A DNA stretch of 64,000 nt from Anaerolineae bacterium. Lineage in GTDB: Bacteria > Chloroflexota > Anaerolineae > UBA1429. The stretch covers positions 1,200,448-1,264,447 of the forward strand of contig JAXGYO010000002.1 in NCBI GenBank assembly GCA_040772225.1. Direction: 5' to 3'. This document shows positions 34,019 through 43,694 of this stretch, piece by piece. The notes below the pieces were generated by a model. That model was not told the DNA's origin. It worked only from the letters and a program-made list of their open reading frames with translations, and ran no database searches. Position 1 is the first letter of the stretch, and each line of letters begins with the position of its first letter. The position numbers and the translations under genes are program-made.

Positions 34019-34987
34019 CTATGCCTTCCCTGATGAGGATGGGAACACTGGCACTTGATCGCTCCATTCACCAATAAACTGCACCTCTGGCTCGAGCCGT
34101 TGGGCAAAATCACGCCAGACCCTCTCTTGAATGTACTCAATCAGCGCTGCGATCTCGCGAGCTGTGGCTCCCCCGGCATTCATAATAAAGTTCGCGTGTC
34201 GATCCGAGACCTGTGCATTGCCCATGCGGAACCCTTTGAGCCCTGCCTGTTCGATCAAAAAACCCGCCGGATACTGCTCAGTGCGCATAAAGGTGCTTCC
34301 CGCACAGGCGCCGCCCGGCGTGTGCGCCAGACGCTGCTCAGTGACCTGACGAGCCCGGTCCCGCAGCTCCCTTACGTCTGCCCGCATCAACTGGAGACGC
34401 GCATCGAGTACAACCGTGCGTGGCCCCGCCAGATCTTCCCGCTTGAGCACACTGGCCCGATAGCCGTACCGAAGCCAGTCACGAGAGACTCGTGCTGTGT
34501 GCCCGTCGCGATGGCAGAGCAGCGCGTCGATGAGGACATCGCCGATATAACCCCCATAAGCACCGGCATTGCCCACCACAGCGCCGCCCAGCGTCCCGGG
34601 AATACCTACGCCCCATTCCAGACCGCCCCAACCTCTCTCGACGGCCTCCCTGGCGAGCTCACAGAACAGGCAGCCTGACTCTGCTTCAAGCACGCCATCA
34701 TCACCAAAGGTGTATCGTTGGCACGCGTTGATGATCACGAATCCTCGAATGCCGCGATCGGATACCAGCACGTTTGTGCCGCTGCCCAGTACCATGTAGG
34801 GAATACCTGTTCGATTGGCTATCCTCACCCAATCGACCAATTCTTGCAGACTGCGGGCGGTTGCCAGCAAGTCTGCAGGCCCCCCCACAGCAAAGGAGGT
34901 GTGTCGCGACATGGGAACGTCAGTTGCGACGCGCCCGCCGTATCCGGCACCTTCCATTAACTCTCTGAAGCGTTGCAGCGCGTTCAT
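34019..34987 (-). CDS. murB: UDP-N-acetylenolpyruvoylglucosamine reductase
   Basis: FAD-binding, 322 aa. Confidence 0.9.
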   Translation of the reverse strand: MNALQRFRELMEGAGYGGRVATDVPMSRHTSFAVGGPADLLATARSLQELVDWVRIANRTGIPYMVLGSGTNVLVSDRGIRGFVIINACQRYTFGDDGVLEAESGCLFCELAREAVERGWGGLEWGVGIPGTLGGAVVGNAGAYGGYIGDVLIDALLCHRDGHTARVSRDWLRYGYRASVLKREDLAGPRTVVLDARLQLMRADVRELRDRARQVTEQRLAHTPGGACAGSTFMRTEQYPAGFLIEQAGLKGFRMGNAQVSDRHANFIMNAGGATAREIAALIEYIQERVWRDFAQRLEPEVQFIGEWSDQVPVFPSSSGKA

Positions 34988-36378
34988 GGTGTTCGCTCCC
35001 GGAGCGCTTCCAGCACACGTTCACCGATCAGGTAGCCGTCACCGGCCCCAAGGGTGATCAGCACATCCCCTGGTGCAAGCCGGTCCAGCAAATAGGCTTC
35101 CACCTCGGTCAGAACACCGATGTGGCGCACTGCGGGATGATCGATGGCGGCAACCAGCCCCATTGCATCGGCGGCGCCGTGCACCTCGCGGCTTCGCGCA
35201 GCATACACATCGGTGATAATGGCCTCATCGGCATCCTTCAGGCAGGTCCGGAAAGAGTCCCAAAGGGCCTGCAACCGGCTAAAGGTGTGAGGCTGAACAA
35301 CCGCCCACAGCCGCCGGTCAGGGTACCTTTGCCGCGCGGCAGCAAGTGTCGCGGCGATCTCCGTCGGATGGTGCCCGTAATCATCGATCACCGCCACGCC
35401 CCAGGCCTCACCCTTGAGCTCAAAACGACGCCGCACGCCAGCGAACGCTGCCAGCGCGTCGCATGCAGTGATCATCGAAACGCCACAACGCTGTGCAACA
35501 ATCAAGGCTGCCGCGGCGTTCAGCGCGTTATGTACACCGGGCAGGGACAACGAGCAGCAGGTCAGAGGCTGCCCGCCAGTGAAGAGCTCGAAATCTACGC
35601 CGCCAAAAGCGTTAGCGGCAACGTTCGCTACCACATAGTCAGCAGACGGATCCGTCCCATATGTGATGACACCGGTTCGATCAACCCGCTCGGCGAGCAA
35701 GCGCCGAACCTGCATCCCGTCCACACACGCGACAATCGATCCGTCTGGCCGGAGCCTGTCCAGGAACACACTGTAGGCCTCGCGCATCTCGTCGATATCG
35801 GCAAAGCAATCGGGATGGTCCATCTCGATGGTGGTGACAACCGCGATTTCGGGATCCAGGCCGTGGAACATGCGACCGTACTCATCGGCCTCGATGACGA
35901 ACCAATCACGAGACCCACCCGAGGCATTGGTGCCCAGATCCTGAAGAATGCCCCCCACAATAAAGCCGGGATCGAGCCCCGCCGCACGAAGCACCGCGAC
36001 GATCATTCCAGTGGTCGTCGTCTTGCCATGCGTCCCCGACACGGCGATTGTCCGGTCGTCCTTTAGGAGCGTTTTGAGGAACTCTCTACGCTCCAAGACG
36101 GGCAGCCCGGCCGCGGCCGCAGCCGCGATCTCAGGATTGCTCGCGGGCACGGCCGAAGACACTACGACCATGTTGGCACCGGCCACGGCACCGGCACAGT
36201 GCCCGATCGTCACTCTGACACCAAGATCTATGAGAGCGTCGGTAATCTGCGACGCGCGCAGATCGGACCCGCTGACCTGATGCCCTCGCATGACGAGCAC
36301 ACGGGCGATTGCCGAGAGGCCAATCCCCCCAATGCCGATCATGTGGATGTGTTCGGGCACGTCAGCAAACAGCTGCAT
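34984..36378 (-). CDS. murC: UDP-N-acetylmuramate--L-alanine ligase. The start is trimmed to MQLFADVPEHIHMIGIGG.
   Basis: HMIGIGGIGLSAIA, GTHGKTTTT. Confidence 0.9.
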   Translation of the reverse strand: MQLFADVPEHIHMIGIGGIGLSAIARVLVMRGHQVSGSDLRASQITDALIDLGVRVTIGHCAGAVAGANMVVVSSAVPASNPEIAAAAAAGLPVLERREFLKTLLKDDRTIAVSGTHGKTTTTGMIVAVLRAAGLDPGFIVGGILQDLGTNASGGSRDWFVIEADEYGRMFHGLDPEIAVVTTIEMDHPDCFADIDEMREAYSVFLDRLRPDGSIVACVDGMQVRRLLAERVDRTGVITYGTDPSADYVVANVAANAFGGVDFELFTGGQPLTCCSLSLPGVHNALNAAAALIVAQRCGVSMITACDALAAFAGVRRRFELKGEAWGVAVIDDYGHHPTEIAATLAAARQRYPDRRLWAVVQPHTFSRLQALWDSFRTCLKDADEAIITDVYAARSREVHGAADAMGLVAAIDHPAVRHIGVLTEVEAYLLDRLAPGDVLITLGAGDGYLIGERVLEALRERTP

Positions 36379-36386
36379 TGTCCCCT

Positions 36387-36947
36387 CTAGCGGATCACAC
36401 GAGCGATGATCAGCGCCACCGCAAGGTAAAAGAGCCAACTCTGCCCCAGCAGTAGAGGCTGTCCCAGCAGGTTCAATGGCAGATATGCCACAAGAGACTG
36501 GGCAGTGCCGGACAATCCCTCCACTGAGAATCCAAGAAACGGCAGGGCATAGTCCCATCGATCCAAATAGTACCAGACGGAACCGGCGATGAGATAGCCG
36601 TTCACCGCTCCAGTCAGCAGCCCCAGCACCAACCCAAGCACACCATAGAGGCGCTCGCCACGAAAGGCCAGCGTCTCACCTGCATAGGAGATGAATGCAG
36701 CACCAAGTATCACCAGAACAAAGAACCAGGTCTGGATCGTCTCCGCAGTTGTGCCCTGCGTTCCATCCGCCGCGGGAGCCACAACGCGAGCGATGCCCTG
36801 CTCCAGCAACGGCTCCAACAGAAAAAGCGCCAGCAGCACGATCAGCATGAGCGTCGTCACACCGAGTTCCCTCAAAAAGCCTCGCACGACGCCAATCAGC
36901 GCGAACAAGATCACCAGAGACCCGAAAAAGACTTCTATAGGTGCCAC
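36387..36947 (-). CDS. CvpA-family membrane protein (copy 1) inside the dcw cluster
   Basis: 186 aa, about 4 TM helices, with the LIGVVRGFLRELG motif typical of CvpA. Confidence 0.6.
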   Translation of the reverse strand: MAPIEVFFGSLVILFALIGVVRGFLRELGVTTLMLIVLLALFLLEPLLEQGIARVVAPAADGTQGTTAETIQTWFFVLVILGAAFISYAGETLAFRGERLYGVLGLVLGLLTGAVNGYLIAGSVWYYLDRWDYALPFLGFSVEGLSGTAQSLVAYLPLNLLGQPLLLGQSWLFYLAVALIIARVIR

Positions 36948-36956
36948 AATGCCTCC

Positions 36957-37655
36957 TCAGCCGGGTCCCCGGGAGCGTCCCGAGGCAGTGTACAGGCCAA
37001 AGGCAATCAGCACGACGACCAGTACAATAAAGAACTGTACGCGAAAGGTGCCGCCGTCGAAAGTATTCTGTACCTGCTCCGTCGAGAGCTGAATTAGCGC
37101 GATCGGCTCGGGGAATAGAATCGGCAGCAAGAAATAGACGATCGCCACGCCGTTCAAAGTCCCGACCGCGAACCCGAGCGCCCCGTCCAGAATGCCGCTT
37201 CGGGCTCGGCCGAATCGCGCTGTCAGGAGATAGGCCACCAGAATGATAGCGGAAAAGAGCCCAACCTTGAGCATCTCGCGATTACGCTCGGATTGGATCA
37301 ACTCGGGCGTCCCCCGAATCTCACGCCAGACGGCGGTTGGATCCTCCGCACCTAGCCCCCCTTCGCGGGCAAAGCGCAGCAGGTAGCCGAAACGATTGAT
37401 CGGCGCCACCAGTGAATCGGTAAACAGCCCCACTATGGCGATCGCCGCCAGCAAGAGAAGCAATACGGTGAGTTCCCGGCGCACTCCGCGCCTGTACCCG
37501 ATGAGGCCGAACACACCTGCCACACAGGCAATCAACAGATACTGGTTGATGGTCCAGGTAGCGACGTTTCCCACGTTAGCCGCTCCCCCCGACACGAACA
37601 AGACAAGCTGCCAGACGATCGGCGGCGTCAGGAACTGCGATGGCCCGCATCGCAA
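36957..37655 (-). CDS. CvpA-family membrane protein (copy 2). The track start overlaps murG by 80 nt, so the true start is probably internal.
   Basis: 232 aa, TM-rich, GLIGYRRGVRRELTVLL. Confidence 0.55.
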   Translation of the reverse strand: MRCGPSQFLTPPIVWQLVLFVSGGAANVGNVATWTINQYLLIACVAGVFGLIGYRRGVRRELTVLLLLLAAIAIVGLFTDSLVAPINRFGYLLRFAREGGLGAEDPTAVWREIRGTPELIQSERNREMLKVGLFSAIILVAYLLTARFGRARSGILDGALGFAVGTLNGVAIVYFLLPILFPEPIALIQLSTEQVQNTFDGGTFRVQFFIVLVVVLIAFGLYTASGRSRGPG

Positions 37656-38679
37656 CGGACATCGTAGCCAGCCGTTCTTGATCGCTGAGCAGGGAACGCA
37701 CCTCCGCTACCAGTAGCGTGTCCAGCTCTGCATCCGGCAGAACGATCGCACCGCCGCGGTCTTTCAGAAATGCGGCATTGACACCCTGATTGGGTCCCGC
37801 ATGGGGATAGGGCACGAGGATGGCCGCCAGGCTTGCCGCCGGGAACTCGGCCAGAGTGGACGCCCCTGCCCGTGCAACCACGAGATCGGCGGCGGCGAGG
37901 GCATCGGCCATCTCCCCGTGCAGATAGCCATAAAGATGATAGTCCGATCGCTGCTGCTCGCTCAGCTGGGCCGTGCGCCGGCTAAGCTCCTCCAGGTCGC
38001 CGGGACCGCTCACATGCACCACCTGCGCCAGGCTCAAGAGCTCTGGCAGGTGGCGACTGACCGCCTCGTTGATCGAATGAGCACCGCTGCTGCCGCCAAG
38101 CACAAGCAGGACGTAACGGCCCGGATCCAGGCCCAGCCGGCTGCGAGCTTCGTCCCGATTAACCTCTAACACGTCCTGCCGCACTGGATATCCCGTCACG
38201 ATTACCTTGTGTGGATCAAAGTACTGTGCGACTGAATCAAAGGATACACACACATGCGTGGCAAAGCGGGCCAGCAATTTGATCGCGAGCCCGGGCTCCA
38301 TATCGGGCAAGTAGATCACCACAGGCACGCGGCCCAACCAGGCCGCCAGCGTCAAAGGCGCGGTCACATAGCCCCCCGTCGAGAACACGACATCCGGTTT
38401 CCACTGCCAGACGAGCCTTCGCCCCTGCACAATGCCCTTGAACAGACTGACGGCACTGCCGATCACCTGCACCGGCGAGCGCCCCCGCAGGGCCCCCGTA
38501 CTGATTGGCCAGAAGGCGATCCCATGGCGCCCGACCAGATCCTCCTCCACGCTATCAGGCCTCCCCACCCAGGCAACCTGAATGTCGGCCGCACTCTCCC
38601 AAGCCAGGAGCCTGTCGATCACGGCGAGAGCCGGGTAGACATGTCCGCCTGTCCCGCCCCCGGTAAAGAGAATCCTCAT
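37576..38679 (-). CDS. murG: Undecaprenyldiphospho-muramoylpentapeptide beta-N-acetylglucosaminyltransferase
   Basis: MRILFTGGGTGGHVYPALAV. Confidence 0.95.
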   Translation of the reverse strand: MRILFTGGGTGGHVYPALAVIDRLLAWESAADIQVAWVGRPDSVEEDLVGRHGIAFWPISTGALRGRSPVQVIGSAVSLFKGIVQGRRLVWQWKPDVVFSTGGYVTAPLTLAAWLGRVPVVIYLPDMEPGLAIKLLARFATHVCVSFDSVAQYFDPHKVIVTGYPVRQDVLEVNRDEARSRLGLDPGRYVLLVLGGSSGAHSINEAVSRHLPELLSLAQVVHVSGPGDLEELSRRTAQLSEQQRSDYHLYGYLHGEMADALAAADLVVARAGASTLAEFPAASLAAILVPYPHAGPNQGVNAAFLKDRGGAIVLPDAELDTLLVAEVRSLLSDQERLATMSVAMRAIAVPDAADRLAACLVRVGGSG

Positions 38680-39818
38680 CTCTCCCCCGGTCTGGACCGC
38701 TGTCCGCTACGCGAGATATTCAGCAAAATGCCTACAGAGCCCAACGCTGCGACCAGTGAGGACCCGCCATAGCTCATGAAGGGAAGCACCGTTCCTGTCA
38801 CAGGAGCCGAATTAGTGGCCACTGCGATACTGAGCACGGCTTGAAAGGCGATCCAGCTCACCAGTCCGATCGCCAGCAGCCTGCCATAGACATCCGGCGC
38901 ATTGCGAGCAATGCTGAAACCGCGCCAAACCCACAACGCGTAGAGACCGATCACGGCGACAGCGCCCAGAAAGCCAAATTCCTCGCCGATGATCGAAAAG
39001 ATAAAGTCTGTGTGTGAAAAGCGCCCCAGGTACATCTTCTGCTGGCTCTGGCCCAGTCCCACGCCGCTAAAACCTCCCAGTGAAAGGGCCCGCAACGATT
39101 GCAGGATCTGATAGCCCTTATCAGTCGGATCGCTAAAGGGACCGGCAACCCAGATCTCGTATCGCTCGGCGCCATAGCCCAGCAATATCACTGGGATGCC
39201 GACGATAAGGCCGCCAAACAGAAGGTACAGCACGACGTGCTTCATGTTGGCGCCAGCGACAAAAAACATCACCGAGGCCGTCACAACGAGCAAGAGCGCG
39301 GTCGAATAGTCGGGCTGCATCGCGATCAGCGCTGCCAGAGCACCCAGAATGAGCAGATAGGGCGCCGTCCCGACACTGAACTGCTTGATCTGCTCACCGC
39401 GAGACTCTAGCCAAACGGCGATGTAGATAATCGCCCCGATCTTGGCCGCCTCCACAGGCTGAACGGATCCGTAGATGACCACATCACCGGCGCCGCGCGT
39501 CATCGCCACCCAGCGCCCCACAAAGGCCATAACGAGCAGCGTAATGACTGTGACAACCATGATCGGGATGACCAACCGCTTGTAGATGTGATAGTCAACC
39601 AGCCACCCGACAATCAGGGCGAACATCCCAAAGCCCGCGAAACGGAGCTGCTTCATAAAGTGGTAGGTGGGACCCGTCACATCCGCCCAACCCATCAGAT
39701 GAAAATGATAGGAGGAGCTATAGACCATCACCAGCCCCGTCGCCAGCAGGGCGACGGCGATGAGAAACATGCCCCAATCCGTTCGTGATAACCGGCGCGT
39801 CAACCCAGTGAACATCAA
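38676..39818 (-). CDS. ftsW: Peptidoglycan glycosyltransferase FtsW (SEDS family)
   Basis: 380 aa, polytopic, SEDS conserved blocks. Confidence 0.9.
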   Translation of the reverse strand: MMFTGLTRRLSRTDWGMFLIAVALLATGLVMVYSSSYHFHLMGWADVTGPTYHFMKQLRFAGFGMFALIVGWLVDYHIYKRLVIPIMVVTVITLLVMAFVGRWVAMTRGAGDVVIYGSVQPVEAAKIGAIIYIAVWLESRGEQIKQFSVGTAPYLLILGALAALIAMQPDYSTALLLVVTASVMFFVAGANMKHVVLYLLFGGLIVGIPVILLGYGAERYEIWVAGPFSDPTDKGYQILQSLRALSLGGFSGVGLGQSQQKMYLGRFSHTDFIFSIIGEEFGFLGAVAVIGLYALWVWRGFSIARNAPDVYGRLLAIGLVSWIAFQAVLSIAVATNSAPVTGTVLPFMSYGGSSLVAALGSVGILLNISRSGQRSRPGER

Positions 39819-39825
39819 CTATCCT

Positions 39826-41259
39826 CTACAGACGCTCGACAAGCAGACGAAAAGCCTGTCCGCGCGCTTCAAAATCGGTAAATGCATCAAAGCTCGTCCC
39901 CCCGGGCGAGAGGAGCACCACATCGCCCTCGCAGGCGACCTCGCTCGCCAATGAGACCGCCTCTCCCAGATCGCCAACCTCAAGTACAGCAGCCTCCAGA
40001 CCTGGCATCTGACCGAGTGTATTGCGCACGAGAGGGGCGCACTCGCCAAAGGCGATGACCACGCGCACCTTGCGCTGCACCCACTCCGCCCACGTGTCCC
40101 AGGGCAGATGTTTGTCACGCCCGCCCGCCAGCAGTACAAGCGGTTCATCGTAGGCACGAATCGCAGCGATGGCGCGCTCAGGTGTTGTGGCGATGGAATC
40201 GTTGACAAAGGTGATGCCGTGCCAGCGCCGCACTACTTCCATGCGATGCGGGACGCCTTCGAACTCTGTGGCGACCTGGCGTATGGCTTCCAGGCTGGCG
40301 CCCGCGAGGCGCGCTGCACAGGCGGCTGCCAGCAGATTCGCCAGGTTATGGATGCCCTTGAGGCGTACCTCGTCCGCGGCACAGATCACCTGGTCATCAT
40401 CACCCAGCCGCAGCCGCAAGCGCCCCTGATCCAGGTACGCTCCCTCGCCTACGGGCCTCACAAGACTGAAATATACGACATGGGCAGGTGTTCGCTGCCG
40501 CAAGCCCAGACAATTGGCGTCGTCCAGGTTCAACACAGCCCAGTCCTCCGGCGACTGATAATCCACAATAGCGGCCTTGGCCCGGATATACTCATCCATC
40601 GAGGAATGGCGATCGAGGTGATTGGGTGTGATGTTGGTGACCACAGCGATCTCGGGACTGCAGCCAGCCAGAGAGATCACTCGCGATGCCTCCGTCCGCA
40701 CCTCCTGCACTCGATCTCCCTGTGTCTCTGGCCTAAAGAGCTCGAGCTGGAAGCTGGACAACTCCATGACTGCAACATCGGCCAGCGCCCCTTGTTCTAA
40801 CGCAGTGATCAGGGGCCTGCCGATGTTCCCGCCAACCCAGGTTTCCACGCCGGAGCGTTCCAGCATGCGCCCGGTCAGCGTCGTCGTCGTCGTTTTGCCG
40901 CTTGATCCGGTGATGCCTACCACGCGATTCGGGAACAATTGCAGGAACAACCGCGGCTCGCTGCTGATGGGCAGCGAGCGTGCCCGCGCATCCTGCACAA
41001 GCTTGGCGTTGAGCGGCACGCCAGGGCTCAGGAACAAAACATCCACATCCAGGATATCCTCAGGATGGCCGCCAAGAGCCAGGCGAATCGAGAGCCCCTC
41101 CAGATCGCGCAGGGCAGCCGCCAGCTGGTCCGCGGGCTTGAGGTCACTCAGGGTAACCGTCGCACCGGCGCCAACCAGAAAGCGCGCCAAAGCGGTGCCC
41201 TCACGGGCGACACCGATAATGGCGGCCTTCAGCCCCGTCAGATCCGGTATGCTCATCAC
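39826..41259 (-). CDS. murD: UDP-N-acetylmuramoylalanine--D-glutamate ligase
   Basis: GITGSSGKTTTTTL. Confidence 0.9.
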   Translation of the reverse strand: MMSIPDLTGLKAAIIGVAREGTALARFLVGAGATVTLSDLKPADQLAAALRDLEGLSIRLALGGHPEDILDVDVLFLSPGVPLNAKLVQDARARSLPISSEPRLFLQLFPNRVVGITGSSGKTTTTTLTGRMLERSGVETWVGGNIGRPLITALEQGALADVAVMELSSFQLELFRPETQGDRVQEVRTEASRVISLAGCSPEIAVVTNITPNHLDRHSSMDEYIRAKAAIVDYQSPEDWAVLNLDDANCLGLRQRTPAHVVYFSLVRPVGEGAYLDQGRLRLRLGDDDQVICAADEVRLKGIHNLANLLAAACAARLAGASLEAIRQVATEFEGVPHRMEVVRRWHGITFVNDSIATTPERAIAAIRAYDEPLVLLAGGRDKHLPWDTWAEWVQRKVRVVIAFGECAPLVRNTLGQMPGLEAAVLEVGDLGEAVSLASEVACEGDVVLLSPGGTSFDAFTDFEARGQAFRLLVERL

Positions 41260-42237
41260 CTAAATCGCTCCGCCCAGAGCAAGCGCCAGCAGACTGGTGA
41301 TGGCCGTAGCGATCCAAAATCGCAGTGTAATCTGAACTTCATCATGCCCCAATTGCTCAAAATGATGGTGCAGGGGCGCCATCCGAAAGATGCGCCTGCC
41401 TTCTCCATACTTGATCCGGGTGTACTTGAAGTAGGCCACCTGTAGCATCACAGAGACAGCCTCGCTCAGCAGCGTCACTCCGGCTAGCAGTAGCAGTATC
41501 ATCTGCCCCGACACCAGCGCCACCGTGGCGAGTGCGGCGCCCAGGGCCTCAGCCCCGACATCCCCCATAAAGACCCTCGCGGGATGGGCGTTATGCCAGA
41601 GAAACGCCAGCAGTCCCCCGGCGAGGATCATGCTCCAGTAACTCAAGGCGCCCTGTCCGCTCCGGACCAGCAGGCAGGAGAGAGAGACAACCACAATAGC
41701 GGCTGTCCCCGCCGCCAGACCGTCCAGGCCGTCCGTCAGATTCGCAGCGTTGACCCAGCCAACAATGAGGAATGCGGCCACAGGAATAAACCAGGGCCCC
41801 AGATCGAGAACGTGATCGGTAAAGGGCAGCCAGAACGGCCGGCTGGCTCCGCTCAGATACATCCCTGCCGCCAGCATCAAGCCGAGGATCCACTGCCATG
41901 GAAACTTGATCCGGGCCAACCAGCCCACACCCTCGGTGTCCTTGATGCCTTTGAGATCATCAAAAATCCCCAGCACAGCAAAAGTGACCGTAGCAATCAG
42001 CGGCCACAAGACCTCCGCGTATCCAAGAGCCAGCATTCCAGCGCCGCCGAGGACGCCGGCAGCCACGAATATCAGCCCGCCCATTGTGGGTGTCCCCGCT
42101 TTGGCATGGTGTGATACCGGTCCGTCAGAGCGGATGCGTTTTCTGAGGCCCCTGCTGTCAAGCCAGCCGATCATACGCACGCCCAATGGCGCCAACAGCA
42201 GGAACACAAGAACACCTGCGAGTGCCGGGCCGCTCAT
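41260..42237 (-). CDS. mraY: Phospho-N-acetylmuramoyl-pentapeptide transferase
   Basis: 325 aa, polytopic. Confidence 0.95.
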   Translation of the reverse strand: MSGPALAGVLVFLLLAPLGVRMIGWLDSRGLRKRIRSDGPVSHHAKAGTPTMGGLIFVAAGVLGGAGMLALGYAEVLWPLIATVTFAVLGIFDDLKGIKDTEGVGWLARIKFPWQWILGLMLAAGMYLSGASRPFWLPFTDHVLDLGPWFIPVAAFLIVGWVNAANLTDGLDGLAAGTAAIVVVSLSCLLVRSGQGALSYWSMILAGGLLAFLWHNAHPARVFMGDVGAEALGAALATVALVSGQMILLLLAGVTLLSEAVSVMLQVAYFKYTRIKYGEGRRIFRMAPLHHHFEQLGHDEVQITLRFWIATAITSLLALALGGAI

Positions 42238-43694
42238 GGCGCGCGCTCCAGGAGTGATGACACAATCTCTTCCATTGCCATGCCTCTTGAGCCCTTGACC
42301 AGGATGACGTCGCCGGCTGCTACGATACGTTCCAGCGCAGCGATTGCTCTGGCATTATCCGGGACGGTCTCGATAGCAGCGTCTGGCAGCCCCGCCTCTG
42401 CAGCCGCCTGTGCGATATCGAGAGCCCGCTGTCCCACGGTCACCAGATAATCACAGGACTGCGCGGCCACTCGCCCCACCTGGCGGTGCCCTTCCGCCTC
42501 TATGTCTCCCAGCTCCAGCATGTCGCCGAGAACGGCGATGCGCCGACCCTCAGTGCTCGCCAAGAGAGCCAGTGCAGCCCGGACCGAATCGGGACTGGCA
42601 TTGTAGCAGTCATCCAGGATCATGGTGCCGTCGCGCCCGCGCCTCGATACCAAACGCAGCCCCTGCCCCAGATCGTCCAGGCCGCGCTTAATCTCATCCC
42701 AGGATAGCCCTTCGAGCAGCCCCGCTGTCACACCGGCCAGGGCCGACCATACGGCGGTCGGACCCAACATCCGGGTGCGCAGTTGCTGGTCGCGCTCCTT
42801 CGGATTCGCCAGAGCGTCGCATACGCGCAATTCAAAGGCGTTGCCCTGGAGGCCCAGGCTCTGTGAGAACACCACCCGAACATCTGCGTCTGCCGCCATA
42901 CCAAAGGTCACAACCCGCGCTCGTGTCAGATCCGCCATGGAGGCGACACGCGAGTCATCGGCGTTCAGCGCGACCCAGCCCTCGCGCGGCAGGGCCCTTA
43001 CCAACTCGGCCTTGGCCTGCGCGATCCTCTCGATCGTGCCCAGACGCTCCAGATGCACCGGCGCCACATTGGTCACAACACCGGCATCCGGGGAGGCAAT
43101 GCGGCACAACTCTGCGATCTCGCCGAGCTGGTACATGCCCATCTCAAGCACGGCGAGCTGATGATCCGAACGTGCCGTCAATAGTGTCAGAGGGAGACCG
43201 ATCTCGTTATTACGGTTCCCTCCGCTTTTGAGCACGCTGTAACGGGCAGCCAGCACCGACGCCACTGCCTCCTTTGCCGTCGTCTTGCCGATGCTGCCAG
43301 TGATTCCAATCACACGCAGCCCATCGCATGCCCTGCGCCTCGCGGCCGCGAGCGCCTGAAGCGCTGTGAGCGTGCTGGCGACCCGCACGGTAAGCGGAAC
43401 ATCGAGCCCATCGGGCGCATGGTGCTCCACTGTGTCCACGCAGGGCAGGCCAACCAGTGGCCGCTCGACGAGAGCGATACGCGCTCCCGCAGACAGCGCG
43501 GCCGAAACATAGTCGTGCCCGTCCACGTTCTCGCCGCGCAACGCTACAAACAAGCTCCCCTGGTGGACTTGCCTCGAGTCGATGCAGACTTGATCCACGA
43601 AAACATGCTCTGCGCCCGCAACTGCCCAGCCGGGCGCAAGGCTGGCCAGCATCTCCTTCAGGGACATGGGCGGCATGCAGAATCTGTCATTCAT
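42234..43694 (-). CDS. murF: UDP-MurNAc-tripeptide--D-Ala-D-Ala ligase MurF. The start is trimmed, since the track extension overlaps ftsI.
   Basis: GITGSIGKTTAKE, NRNNEIGLPLTLL, DDCYNASPDS are MurF rather than MurE signatures. Confidence 0.85.
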   Translation of the reverse strand: MNDRFCMPPMSLKEMLASLAPGWAVAGAEHVFVDQVCIDSRQVHQGSLFVALRGENVDGHDYVSAALSAGARIALVERPLVGLPCVDTVEHHAPDGLDVPLTVRVASTLTALQALAAARRRACDGLRVIGITGSIGKTTAKEAVASVLAARYSVLKSGGNRNNEIGLPLTLLTARSDHQLAVLEMGMYQLGEIAELCRIASPDAGVVTNVAPVHLERLGTIERIAQAKAELVRALPREGWVALNADDSRVASMADLTRARVVTFGMAADADVRVVFSQSLGLQGNAFELRVCDALANPKERDQQLRTRMLGPTAVWSALAGVTAGLLEGLSWDEIKRGLDDLGQGLRLVSRRGRDGTMILDDCYNASPDSVRAALALLASTEGRRIAVLGDMLELGDIEAEGHRQVGRVAAQSCDYLVTVGQRALDIAQAAAEAGLPDAAIETVPDNARAIAALERIVAAGDVILVKGSRGMAMEEIVSSLLERAP

